This document shows, piece by piece, positions 17,429-24,967 of a DNA stretch of 33,834 nucleotides. Under the pieces are notes generated by a model, which worked only from the letters and a program-made list of their open reading frames with translations, ran no database searches and had not been told where the DNA came from. Position 1 is the first letter of the stretch. Each line of letters begins with the position of its first letter. The position numbers and the translations under genes were made by a program. This stretch comes from Gammaproteobacteria bacterium (GTDB taxonomy: Bacteria > Pseudomonadota > Gammaproteobacteria > Nevskiales > Nevskiaceae): the NCBI GenBank assembly GCA_043767605.1, contig JAYUGN010000152.1, positions 1 through 33,834 on the forward strand. The letters are read 5' to 3'.

Positions 17429-18253
17429 ATGGGCAAGAGCACGAAGTATGTGGCTCGAGCGCCCGATTCCAGCGGCATCGTCCAGTACACGGACGAGGAG
17501 CACCGCATCTGGGCAACGCTGTACGAGCGCCAGTACCAGGCCATCCAGGGCAAGGCCTGCGACGAATTCTTCCAGGGCATCGACCTGCTGAAGATGCCGT
17601 CCGACCGCATCCCGCAGCTGCCGGAGATCAGCAAGATCCTGAAGCGCGAGACCGGCTGGGAAGTGGCCTACGTGCCGGCGCTGATCCCGTTTTCCGAGTT
17701 CTTCAAGCTGCTGGCGAACCGCCAGTTCCCCGCCGCGACCTTCATCCGCACGCGCGATGAGCTGGACTACTTGAAGGAGCCGGACATCTTCCACGAGATC
17801 TTCGGCCACACACCGCTGCTGACCAACAAGTATTTCGCGGATTTCACCCACGCCTACGGCCAGCTGGGCCTGGCGGCCTCGAAGGAAGACCGCGTGTTCC
17901 TGGCGCGCATGTACTGGTTCACGGTGGAGTTCGGCCTGATCCAGCCGCCGGGCAAGCCGCTGCGCATCTATGGCGGTGGCATCCTGTCGTCCATCGGCGA
18001 GACGGCGTACGCCTTCAACAGCACCCCGCAGCGCAAGCGCTTCAACATCACGGATGCGCTGCGCACGCCGTATCGCATCGACATCATGCAGCCGCTGTAC
18101 TACTACCTCGAGGACCTGCGGGAGCTGTACGAGCTCGCGCGCATGGACCTGATGGGGCTGGTCGCGGAAGCCAGGCAGAAAGGCCTGCATGCGCCGCTGT
18201 TCGCGCCGAAGGCGGACAGCCCAAGCGTCACCAAGCTCGCAGGAAACATGTAA
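17429..18253 (+). CDS. phhA: phenylalanine 4-hydroxylase
   Basis: YTDEEHRIWATLYERQ, iron ligands in PDIFHEIFGHTPLL, MYWFTVEFGL, YGGGILSS. Confidence 0.92.
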   Translation: MGKSTKYVARAPDSSGIVQYTDEEHRIWATLYERQYQAIQGKACDEFFQGIDLLKMPSDRIPQLPEISKILKRETGWEVAYVPALIPFSEFFKLLANRQFPAATFIRTRDELDYLKEPDIFHEIFGHTPLLTNKYFADFTHAYGQLGLAASKEDRVFLARMYWFTVEFGLIQPPGKPLRIYGGGILSSIGETAYAFNSTPQRKRFNITDALRTPYRIDIMQPLYYYLEDLRELYELARMDLMGLVAEARQKGLHAPLFAPKADSPSVTKLAGNM

Positions 18254-19347
18254 TGCCCACGCAGCCTGCGCAGCCTACGCAGAAAGAAATGAACCCGCTC
18301 GGCAGCGACGGCTTCGAGTTCGTCGAGTTCACCGCGCCCGACAAGCAGGGCCTCTCGCAACTGCACACGCTGTTCGAGCTGCTCGGCTTCACGGCGGTGG
18401 CGAAGCACCGCAGCAAGGACGTCACGCTGTTCCGCCAGGGCGACATCAACTTCCTGGTCAACGGCACGCCGTACACGCACTTCCACCAGTTCGCGATGGC
18501 GCACGGCCCCGCGGCCTGCGCAATGGGCTGGCGAGTGAAGGATGCCGTGAAGGCTTACGAATACGCCGTGGCCCAGGGCGCGGTGCCCTTCGACGCACGC
18601 CCGGGCTACATGGAGCTGCGCCTGCCGGCCGTCTACGGCATCGGCAACAGCGTCCTTTATTTCATCGACCGCTACGGCCCGGAGCACTCGCTCTACGACG
18701 TGGACTTCCGCTGGATCGAGGGCGTGGACCGCAATCCGAAGGGCGTGGGCCTCGACACCCTCGATCACCTCACCCACAACGTGCAGCGCGGCAACATGGA
18801 TGTGTGGAGCGGCTTCTACGAGCGCATCGGCAATTTCAGGCAGATCCGCTACTTCGACATCGAGGGCAAGCAGACTGGGCTGGTCTCGCGCGCGATGACC
18901 AGCCCTTGCGGCAAGATCCGCATCCCGATCAACGAAAGCTCCGACGACAAGTCGCAGATCGAGGAATTCCTCAGGCAGTACCGTGGCGAGGGCATCCAGC
19001 ACATAGCGCTGTCGAGCAAGGACATCTACAAGACCGTGGCGGCGATGCGAGCGCGCGGCGTCACGTTCATGGACACCCCCGAGTCGTATTACGACGGCAT
19101 CGCCAGGCGCGTGAAGGGCCACCAGGAAGACGTGGCGCAGCTCAAGGCGCTGCGCGTGCTGATCGACGGCGCGCCCGAGGAAGGCATCCTGCTGCAGATC
19201 TTCACCAGCACCGTCATCGGCCCGATCTTCTTCGAGATCATCCAGCGCAAGGGCAACGAGGGTTTTGGCGAAGGCAACTTCAAGGCCCTGTTCGAGAGCA
19301 TCGAGGAAGACCAGATCCGCCGCGGCGTGCTCAAAGAGCCGGCGTAG
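18253..19347 (+). CDS. hppD: 4-hydroxyphenylpyruvate dioxygenase
   Basis: GFEFVEFTAPD, DHLTHNV, GEGIQHIALSS, LLQIFT..IGPIFFEIIQRKGNEGFGEGNFKALFESIE. TAATG overlap with the phhA stop. Confidence 0.95.
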   Translation: MPTQPAQPTQKEMNPLGSDGFEFVEFTAPDKQGLSQLHTLFELLGFTAVAKHRSKDVTLFRQGDINFLVNGTPYTHFHQFAMAHGPAACAMGWRVKDAVKAYEYAVAQGAVPFDARPGYMELRLPAVYGIGNSVLYFIDRYGPEHSLYDVDFRWIEGVDRNPKGVGLDTLDHLTHNVQRGNMDVWSGFYERIGNFRQIRYFDIEGKQTGLVSRAMTSPCGKIRIPINESSDDKSQIEEFLRQYRGEGIQHIALSSKDIYKTVAAMRARGVTFMDTPESYYDGIARRVKGHQEDVAQLKALRVLIDGAPEEGILLQIFTSTVIGPIFFEIIQRKGNEGFGEGNFKALFESIEEDQIRRGVLKEPA

Positions 19348-19378
19348 CGCCCGGGCGCGGCGAGGGATCGAGACCGAC

Positions 19379-20506
19379 ATGAAGAAGTGGATTTACCGCC
19401 CGCACATCGAGGGCACGTCCTCGCGGCAGGCCCACGCCGACCTGCCCGAGGGCACGGTCGAGCGCGAAATGAGCAAGGAGGGCTTCTTCGGCCCGGCTGC
19501 GCATTTCTACCATCCGCGCCCGCCGACGGGATGGACGAAATGGGATGGCCCGCTCAAGCCGCGCGCGTTCGACCTCGCCAAGCTCGGGTCGCACGGTGCT
19601 TCGCCGTGGCACGCCCACGACGTGCTGCACAACGCGCACGTCCGCATGCGGTACTGGGTGTGCAAGGTCTCGATGGCGCACCTCGCGCGCAATGCGGATG
19701 GCGATGAGCTCTTGTTCGTGCACGCCGGCCACGCGGAGCTGTTCTGCGATCACGGTCACCTGGCGATCGCGGCCGGGGATTACGTCGTGCTGCCGCGCGG
19801 CACGATGTGGCGCATCGAGTGCGCCGCGCCGGTGACGATGCTGCTGATCGAGGCCACCAACAGCAGCTACCAGTTGCCGGACAAGGGCCTGGTCGGCGAG
19901 CACGCGATCTTCGACCCGGCGATGCTCGATATCCCCGCCATCGACGAGGCCTTCAAGGCGCAGGCCGCGAAGCCCGGCGAGTGGCACGTGAAGATCAAGC
20001 GCCGCAACGAGATCTCGACGGTCGTGTATCCGTTCAACCCGCTCGACGCGGTGGGCTGGCATGGCAACCTGCACCCGGTGCGGATCAACGTGAAGGACAT
20101 CCGCCCGCTGATGTCGCACCGCTTCCACGTGCCGCCGAGCGCGCACACCACGTTCGTGGCGAACCGCTTCGTGGTCTGCACCTTCGCGCCGCGGCCGTTC
20201 GAGACGGACCCGGGCGCGATCAAGGTGCCGTTCTTCCACAACAACGACGACTACGACGAAGTCCTGTTCTACCACGCAGGCGATTTCTTCTCGCGCGACA
20301 ACATCCACGCCGGCATGGTCACGCTGCATCCCTGCGGCTTCACGCACGGGCCGCACCCGAAGGCGCTGAAAAAGATGCTGAAGCAGGACAAGCCCGCAAC
20401 CGACGAATACGCGGTGATGATCGATGCGCGCGATGCGCTCGAGGTGGATGCGCCTGCGACGAGCGTCGAGAACGCGGAATACCACATGAGCTGGGCCGGG
20501 AAATAA
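19379..20506 (+). CDS. hmgA: homogentisate 1,2-dioxygenase, short (~375 aa) cupin-type form
   Basis: Start at MKKWIY (19379). NADGDELLFV, DAVGWHGN, PFFHNNDDYDEVLFYH, TLHPCGFTHGPHP parallel the HGD motifs. Sits between hppD and fah. Confidence 0.8.
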   Translation: MKKWIYRPHIEGTSSRQAHADLPEGTVEREMSKEGFFGPAAHFYHPRPPTGWTKWDGPLKPRAFDLAKLGSHGASPWHAHDVLHNAHVRMRYWVCKVSMAHLARNADGDELLFVHAGHAELFCDHGHLAIAAGDYVVLPRGTMWRIECAAPVTMLLIEATNSSYQLPDKGLVGEHAIFDPAMLDIPAIDEAFKAQAAKPGEWHVKIKRRNEISTVVYPFNPLDAVGWHGNLHPVRINVKDIRPLMSHRFHVPPSAHTTFVANRFVVCTFAPRPFETDPGAIKVPFFHNNDDYDEVLFYHAGDFFSRDNIHAGMVTLHPCGFTHGPHPKALKKMLKQDKPATDEYAVMIDARDALEVDAPATSVENAEYHMSWAGK

Positions 20507-20525
20507 TCGGGGTCAGACCCCGATT
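20505..20525 (+). terminator. perfect intercistronic hairpin (attenuator or RNA-stability element candidate)
   Basis: AATCGGGGTC-A-GACCCCGATT, overlapping the hmgA TAA and followed by GATTTCATT. 13 nt before the fah ATG. Confidence 0.35.
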
Positions 20526-20538
20526 GATTTCATTACCC

Positions 20539-21555
20539 ATGAAATTTGCCACGCTGCGTGACGGAAGCCGCGACGGCCGCCTGCTGGTGGTCTCGCGCGA
20601 CCTCAAGTCCTGTGCGCCCGCGCCGGCCCGCGCGGCAACGCTGCAGAAGGCGCTCGACGACTGGGACGCCGTCGCGCCACTGCTGCAGGCGATCTCGGAC
20701 GAGATCAATGGCGGCAGGATCGCGGGCACGGCGGAGTTCAATGCACGCGACTGCCACTCGCCGCTGCCGCGGGCCTACCAGTGGGCCGATGGCTCGGCCT
20801 ACGTGAATCATGTCGAGCTGGTGCACAAGGCGCGTGGCGCCGAGATGCCGGCTTCGTTCTGGACCGACCCGCTGATGTACCAGGGCGGCTCGGATGCGTT
20901 CCTCGCGCCGTACGATCCGATCCGCATGGCGGACGAAGCCTGGGGCATCGACCTCGAGGCGGAAGTCGCCGTGGTCACCGGCGATGTGGCGATGGGCGCG
21001 AGTGCCGCGCAGGCGCTGGCGGCCGTGCGCCTCGTGATGCTCGTGAACGACGTGTCGCTGCGCAACCTGATTCCCAACGAGTTGGCCAAAGGCTTCGGCT
21101 TCTTCCAGTCCAAGCCTTCGAGCGCGTTCTCGCCGGTGGCGGTCACGCCCGACGAACTCGGCGCGGCCTGGCAGGGCGGCAAGCTGCACCGCCCGCTGCT
21201 CTCGCACCTCAACGGCAAGAAGCTCGGCGAGCCCGACGCGGCCACCGACATGACCTTCGACTTCGGAACCTTGGTCGCGCACGCCGCGAAGACCCGGCCG
21301 CTATGCGCGGGCAGCATCATCGGCAGCGGCACGGTCAGCAACCGCGGCGCCGATGGCGGCCCGGGCAAGTCCATCGAGGAGGGCGGCGCGGGCTATTCCT
21401 GCCTCGCCGAAGTCCGCACGGTGGAAACACTGCGGGATGGCAAGCCGAAGACGCCGTTCCTGAAATTCGGCGATCGCGTGCGCATCGAGATGCTGGACGC
21501 GCAGGGCGCCAGCATCTTCGGCGCGATCGAGCAGGCCGTCGAGAGATACCCGTGA
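20539..21555 (+). CDS. fahA: fumarylacetoacetate hydrolase-family enzyme (short ~338 aa type)
   Basis: Start at MKFATLRDGSRDGRLLVVSRDL (20539). FAH-fold blocks IDLEAEVAVVTG, LVMLVNDVSLR, GSGTVSN. Sits between hmgA and maiA. Confidence 0.8.
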   Translation: MKFATLRDGSRDGRLLVVSRDLKSCAPAPARAATLQKALDDWDAVAPLLQAISDEINGGRIAGTAEFNARDCHSPLPRAYQWADGSAYVNHVELVHKARGAEMPASFWTDPLMYQGGSDAFLAPYDPIRMADEAWGIDLEAEVAVVTGDVAMGASAAQALAAVRLVMLVNDVSLRNLIPNELAKGFGFFQSKPSSAFSPVAVTPDELGAAWQGGKLHRPLLSHLNGKKLGEPDAATDMTFDFGTLVAHAAKTRPLCAGSIIGSGTVSNRGADGGPGKSIEEGGAGYSCLAEVRTVETLRDGKPKTPFLKFGDRVRIEMLDAQGASIFGAIEQAVERYP

Positions 21556-21575
21556 CCGGGTCGCAAGCGACCCGG
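21556..21575 (+). other. intercistronic GC hairpin
   Basis: CCGGGTCGC-AA-GCGACCCGG immediately after the fah stop. No T-tract. Confidence 0.3.
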
Positions 21576-21604
21576 CGGTCCGTGACCCGGCGGCTCGGGG
21601 CCTG

Positions 21605-22258
21605 ATGCTCAAGCTCTATTCGTTCTGGCGCTCCTCGGCTTCGTACCGGGTGCGGATTGCGCTCGCCCTGAAGAAGCAGGAATACGAGTACATCCCGATC
21701 CACCTGGTGCAGGACGGCGGCCAGCAGTACAAGGCCGAGTTCACTGCGCTGAATCCGCAGGCGCGCGTGCCGCTGCTGGTGGACGGCGACTTTCGCATCG
21801 GCCAGTCTCTGGCGATCCTCGACTACCTCGAGGCGAAATTACCGCAGCCGGCGCTGGTACCCGCCGAGCCGCAGGCGCGGGCGCGGCTGCTGTCGTTCTG
21901 CCACGTGATCGCGTCCGACATCCAGCCGCTGCAGAACACCGGGCCGCTGAAGTACATGAGCGAGACCCTCGGCATCGACGAGCCGCGCAAGGATGCCTGG
22001 CTGCGGCACTGGATCGAGCGCGGCCTGCGCGCGCTCGAGCAGGAATGCGCCGCGCTGCCGCTCAAGGATTTCGTGTTCGGCGAGTCGGCCACCTGGGCGG
22101 ACTGCGTGCTGGTGCCACAGGTCTACAACGTCGACCGCTTCAAGTGCGACACGAGCGGATTTCCGCGGCTGTATGCGCTGGCCAGGCGCCTGAGCGTCCG
22201 ACCGGAATTCGCCGCCGGCAATCCCGACGTGCAGCCGGACGCACCCAGGAAACCCTGA
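21605..22258 (+). CDS. maiA: maleylacetoacetate isomerase (GST zeta class)
   Basis: MLKLYSFWRSSASYRVRIALALK, NPQARVPLL, IGQSLAILDYLE are the zeta-class GST/MaiA signatures. Confidence 0.9.
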   Translation: MLKLYSFWRSSASYRVRIALALKKQEYEYIPIHLVQDGGQQYKAEFTALNPQARVPLLVDGDFRIGQSLAILDYLEAKLPQPALVPAEPQARARLLSFCHVIASDIQPLQNTGPLKYMSETLGIDEPRKDAWLRHWIERGLRALEQECAALPLKDFVFGESATWADCVLVPQVYNVDRFKCDTSGFPRLYALARRLSVRPEFAAGNPDVQPDAPRKP

Positions 22259-22262
22259 CGCA

Positions 22263-22304
22263 GGCTGGGCTGACCCCCGCGAAAGCGGGGGAAGCCCAGC
22301 ATCC
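22263..22304. repeat. REP-like nested palindromic element, copy 2
   Basis: GGCTGGGCTGACCCCCGCGAAAGCGGGGGAAGCCCAGCATCC. Fills almost the whole 48-nt gap between convergent maiA and the thioesterase gene. It differs from copy 1 (4586-4628) by a T/C substitution and one extra G. Confidence 0.65.
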
Positions 22305-22306
22305 TG

Positions 22307-22834
22307 TTAGCCCGAGGCCGGCAGGCCCGCCGCGGCGCGGATCCGGTCCAGGTCCTGCGCGTGCTTGAGCCGCAATTCTCGGCGCAGCTGCGCTTCCTCG
22401 TAGCGGTGTTTCTCAAGCGGCGTCTCGGGCATCAGTGGTGGCACGCGCCTCGGGACGCCCGGCGATTCCTGGGCCACGAAGGTGAGGTAGGCCGAGAGGA
22501 TGCGCCGGCGCTCGCCGCCGCCCACCTTCACCGCCTCGACCTTGCAGCCGATCTCCATCGAAGTCTTCCACGCTCGGTTGACCGCGGCGTTGAAGATCAG
22601 GACATCGCCGCGTCCCGCCGGGGCGATGAAGTGCATTTCATCCACGCCGACCGTGACGCAGACGCCGCCCGCATGCCGGTCGGCGCAGACCGCGGCGTAG
22701 CGGTCCATCTGCGCCATGATCAGGCCGCCGAACACGGTGTCGTTCGAGTTCAGGTCGTTCGGGAACACCATGTAGACCTGTTCCTGCACGGCCGAATACG
22801 ACACGGGCCGCGGTGAGAGGTTCGCCTCGTTCAT
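22307..22834 (-). CDS. acyl-CoA thioesterase (hotdog fold, YciA-like)
   Basis: VFPNDLNSNDTVFGGLIMAQMD and HFIAPAGRGDVL...EIGCKVE match the YciA/Acot-type hotdog pattern. Confidence 0.85.
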   Translation of the reverse strand: MNEANLSPRPVSYSAVQEQVYMVFPNDLNSNDTVFGGLIMAQMDRYAAVCADRHAGGVCVTVGVDEMHFIAPAGRGDVLIFNAAVNRAWKTSMEIGCKVEAVKVGGGERRRILSAYLTFVAQESPGVPRRVPPLMPETPLEKHRYEEAQLRRELRLKHAQDLDRIRAAAGLPASG

Positions 22835-22864
22835 TGCTGCTCCTTTTCGCCTAGATTAGCGGCC

Positions 22865-24244
22865 ATGAAGCCAAATGTTTTCGGGATGCTCCTGCTGGGC
22901 CTCGCGCTGCTCGCCGCTGCCGACCCTGCGCCGCAGTTCGTGGACTTGTTCAAGGCGGCGACCGCTGCGCACGAGGCGAAGGATTACCCGGCGATGGAGC
23001 TGCGCCTGCGCGAGGCGCTGAAAGTGCGGCCCGGGCACCCGGCGGCGCTGTACAACCTCGCCGCGGCACTGGCGCTGCGCGGCGAGCGCAAGGATGCGAT
23101 GGCGACGCTGGAGAAACTGGTGGCGATGGGCCTGTCCTACGACCCTGCTGGCGATGCCGACTTCGCGGGGCTCAAGGGCTCCGAGCGTTTCACGGACATC
23201 GGCAAGGATTTCGCGCGCAACGCCAAGCCCGCCGGGCGCGTGCGCACCGTGCTGCAGATCAGCGACCGGCCGACCTACATCCCGGAAGGGCTCGCCTTCG
23301 ACGAGGACACCGACACCTATTACCTCGGCAGCGCGCGGCAGCGGCGCATCCAGAAGATCAAGCGCGCCGGGCGCGACGAAAACTTTGTCCTGCCGGGCGA
23401 AGGCTCGCTGTGGGCGGCGCTCGGCATGGTCACCGACCCGGACCGGCACCTGCTGTGGGTGGCATCGGCGGCGATTCCCGAGATGGAAGTCGGCGATCCG
23501 AAGGACCTCGGCCGCTCGGCCGTGCTGGCCTATGACCTGCGCAGCGGCGACCGGCGCCGGCGCTACGTGCTCGAGGACGGCGCGGCGGCGCACCAGCTCG
23601 GCGACCTCGCGCTCGCGCGCAACGGCACGATCTATGCGACCGACAACAAGGCCGGCATCCTGTATTCGCTCGACACCAGCAGCGGCAAGTTCGAGGCCCT
23701 GACCCAGCCGGGCGAGCTGGTCTCGCCGCAGGGCGTCGTGCAGGGCCGCAACCGCAACTTCCTGTTCATCGCCGACTATGTGCAAGGCCTGTTCCGCTAC
23801 GACATCAACAGCCGCACGCTGCGGAAACTCGACGTTGGCAGCGACATCTGCGTCTACGGCATCGACGGCCTGTACCGTTATCACGACGACCTCGTCGCCG
23901 TGCAGAACGGTGTGCGGCCGCATCGCGTCGTGCAGCTGGAGATCGACGATGGCGGCCGGCGCGTGCGCCACGCGCGCGTACTGGCCTCGGGCGCAACCTA
24001 TTTCGACGAACCCACGCTCGGCGTCGTGATCGGCGACCACTTCGACTTCGTCGCCAACAGTCACTGGAGCCGCTTCAACGACAAGCACGAGCTGCCGGGC
24101 AACCTCAGCGGGCCGCTGGTGCTGCGTGTCGAGCTGGAAGACCTGCGCCGCAATGGCAACGACCGCGATCCGCTGAACGAAAACCCGTCGCAACCCGGTG
24201 GCGCGCTGCCCAGCCTGCCTTGCATCGGACCCCTGTGCCGCTGA
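22865..24244 (+). CDS. secreted TPR plus beta-propeller (SMP-30/gluconolactonase/NHL-like) protein, function unknown
   Basis: Signal MKPNVFGMLLLGLALLAAA. TPR-like helices (HPAALYNLAAALALRGERKDAMATLEKLV). Repeated blade-like segments (PEGLAFD, GMVTDP, GTIYATD, PQGVV, GIDGLY). Confidence 0.6.
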   Translation: MKPNVFGMLLLGLALLAAADPAPQFVDLFKAATAAHEAKDYPAMELRLREALKVRPGHPAALYNLAAALALRGERKDAMATLEKLVAMGLSYDPAGDADFAGLKGSERFTDIGKDFARNAKPAGRVRTVLQISDRPTYIPEGLAFDEDTDTYYLGSARQRRIQKIKRAGRDENFVLPGEGSLWAALGMVTDPDRHLLWVASAAIPEMEVGDPKDLGRSAVLAYDLRSGDRRRRYVLEDGAAAHQLGDLALARNGTIYATDNKAGILYSLDTSSGKFEALTQPGELVSPQGVVQGRNRNFLFIADYVQGLFRYDINSRTLRKLDVGSDICVYGIDGLYRYHDDLVAVQNGVRPHRVVQLEIDDGGRRVRHARVLASGATYFDEPTLGVVIGDHFDFVANSHWSRFNDKHELPGNLSGPLVLRVELEDLRRNGNDRDPLNENPSQPGGALPSLPCIGPLCR

Positions 24245-24267
24245 GCCGCGCGTTGTCATGCCCGCGA

Positions 24268-24933
24268 ATGCGGGCCTCCAGAAATGCCGCGGTGGTGTTG
24301 CTGCTCGCGGCCCGCGCGGCGCAGGCGCAGGGCGAGGATCCGCAGCGGCTGCTCGCGCAGCTCGAGGCGCGCGTGCTGGCCGCGCCGCACGTCACGATCG
24401 AGGCGCAGGTGCAGGCCAGCGGCCTGACCTCCCTGCACTTGAGCGGCACGCTGGAGCTGAAGGAACGAAATCGCGCGAGCGCGAGCTGGCGTGGCGACCT
24501 GCGCGGAGAGCCGGCCGTGCTGGCGTATTCCTCCGACGGCCGTGCGGCCGAGATGAAGGCGGCGGGGCGGCCGCGCACAGAAGGCACCGGGCGCGAGTCC
24601 AATCACGCGCTGCTCGCCGGCGCGCTGCGCATGGGCCTGCTGCACAACGTGCTGCGGCTCGCAGAGCTGCAGTTGCCGGATCACGCCGCCGACGGCTTCG
24701 ACGCCTGGGCCGTGACCGAAAATTTCCGCCCGACAACGTTCGCGCTGGGCGGCGACCTGCAGGGCGCGATGTCCTTCGGCTACGACCTCGTGATCGGCGG
24801 TGTCACTGCGGGCAGCGTGCGGCTGTGGCTGGATCCGCTCACCGGCCTGCCGAAGCGGCAGCAACTCGTGCTGCGCGAGCCGGGGGGCGAAACCATCTTC
24901 ACCGAGGACTACACGCGCTTCGCCCTGGAGTAG
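24268..24933 (+). CDS. secreted hypothetical protein
   Basis: Start chosen at MRASRNAAVVLLLAARAAQA (24268; Sec signal with AQA cleavage site). No motif recognised. 23 nt after the previous gene. Confidence 0.5.
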   Translation: MRASRNAAVVLLLAARAAQAQGEDPQRLLAQLEARVLAAPHVTIEAQVQASGLTSLHLSGTLELKERNRASASWRGDLRGEPAVLAYSSDGRAAEMKAAGRPRTEGTGRESNHALLAGALRMGLLHNVLRLAELQLPDHAADGFDAWAVTENFRPTTFALGGDLQGAMSFGYDLVIGGVTAGSVRLWLDPLTGLPKRQQLVLREPGGETIFTEDYTRFALE

Positions 24934-24937
24934 CCGA

Positions 24938-24967
24938 GCGGGGGGCCCGCCGCAACGGGCCCGCCGC
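24938..24967. terminator. GC-rich hairpin between convergent genes (bidirectional terminator candidate)
   Basis: GCGGGGGGCCCG-CCGCAA-CGGGCCCGCCGC, a 12-bp stem with one mismatch. No U-tract. Confidence 0.35.

Noticed and set aside
19807-20538. 5' extension of the FAH ORF (19807-21555, 582 aa), and the 19265 start for hmgA.
   Set aside because: The extensions overlap hmgA and hppD coding sequence in other frames with junk composition. Conserved N-termini begin at MKFATLRDGS (20539) and MKKWIYRPH (19379).
18103-24259. Minus-strand ORFs 18103-19380, 19331-20485, 20533-21282 and 22856-24259.
   Set aside because: They are antisense shadows of hppD, hmgA, fah and the TPR/propeller gene, with the same biased composition.
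24260-24275. Small hairpin GCCCGC-GAAT-GCGGGC enclosing the ATG of the 24268 gene, as a REP-related element or terminator.
   Set aside because: It is a short 6-bp stem lacking the REP outer arms and any U-tract. It may modulate translation initiation, but the evidence is too thin to call.
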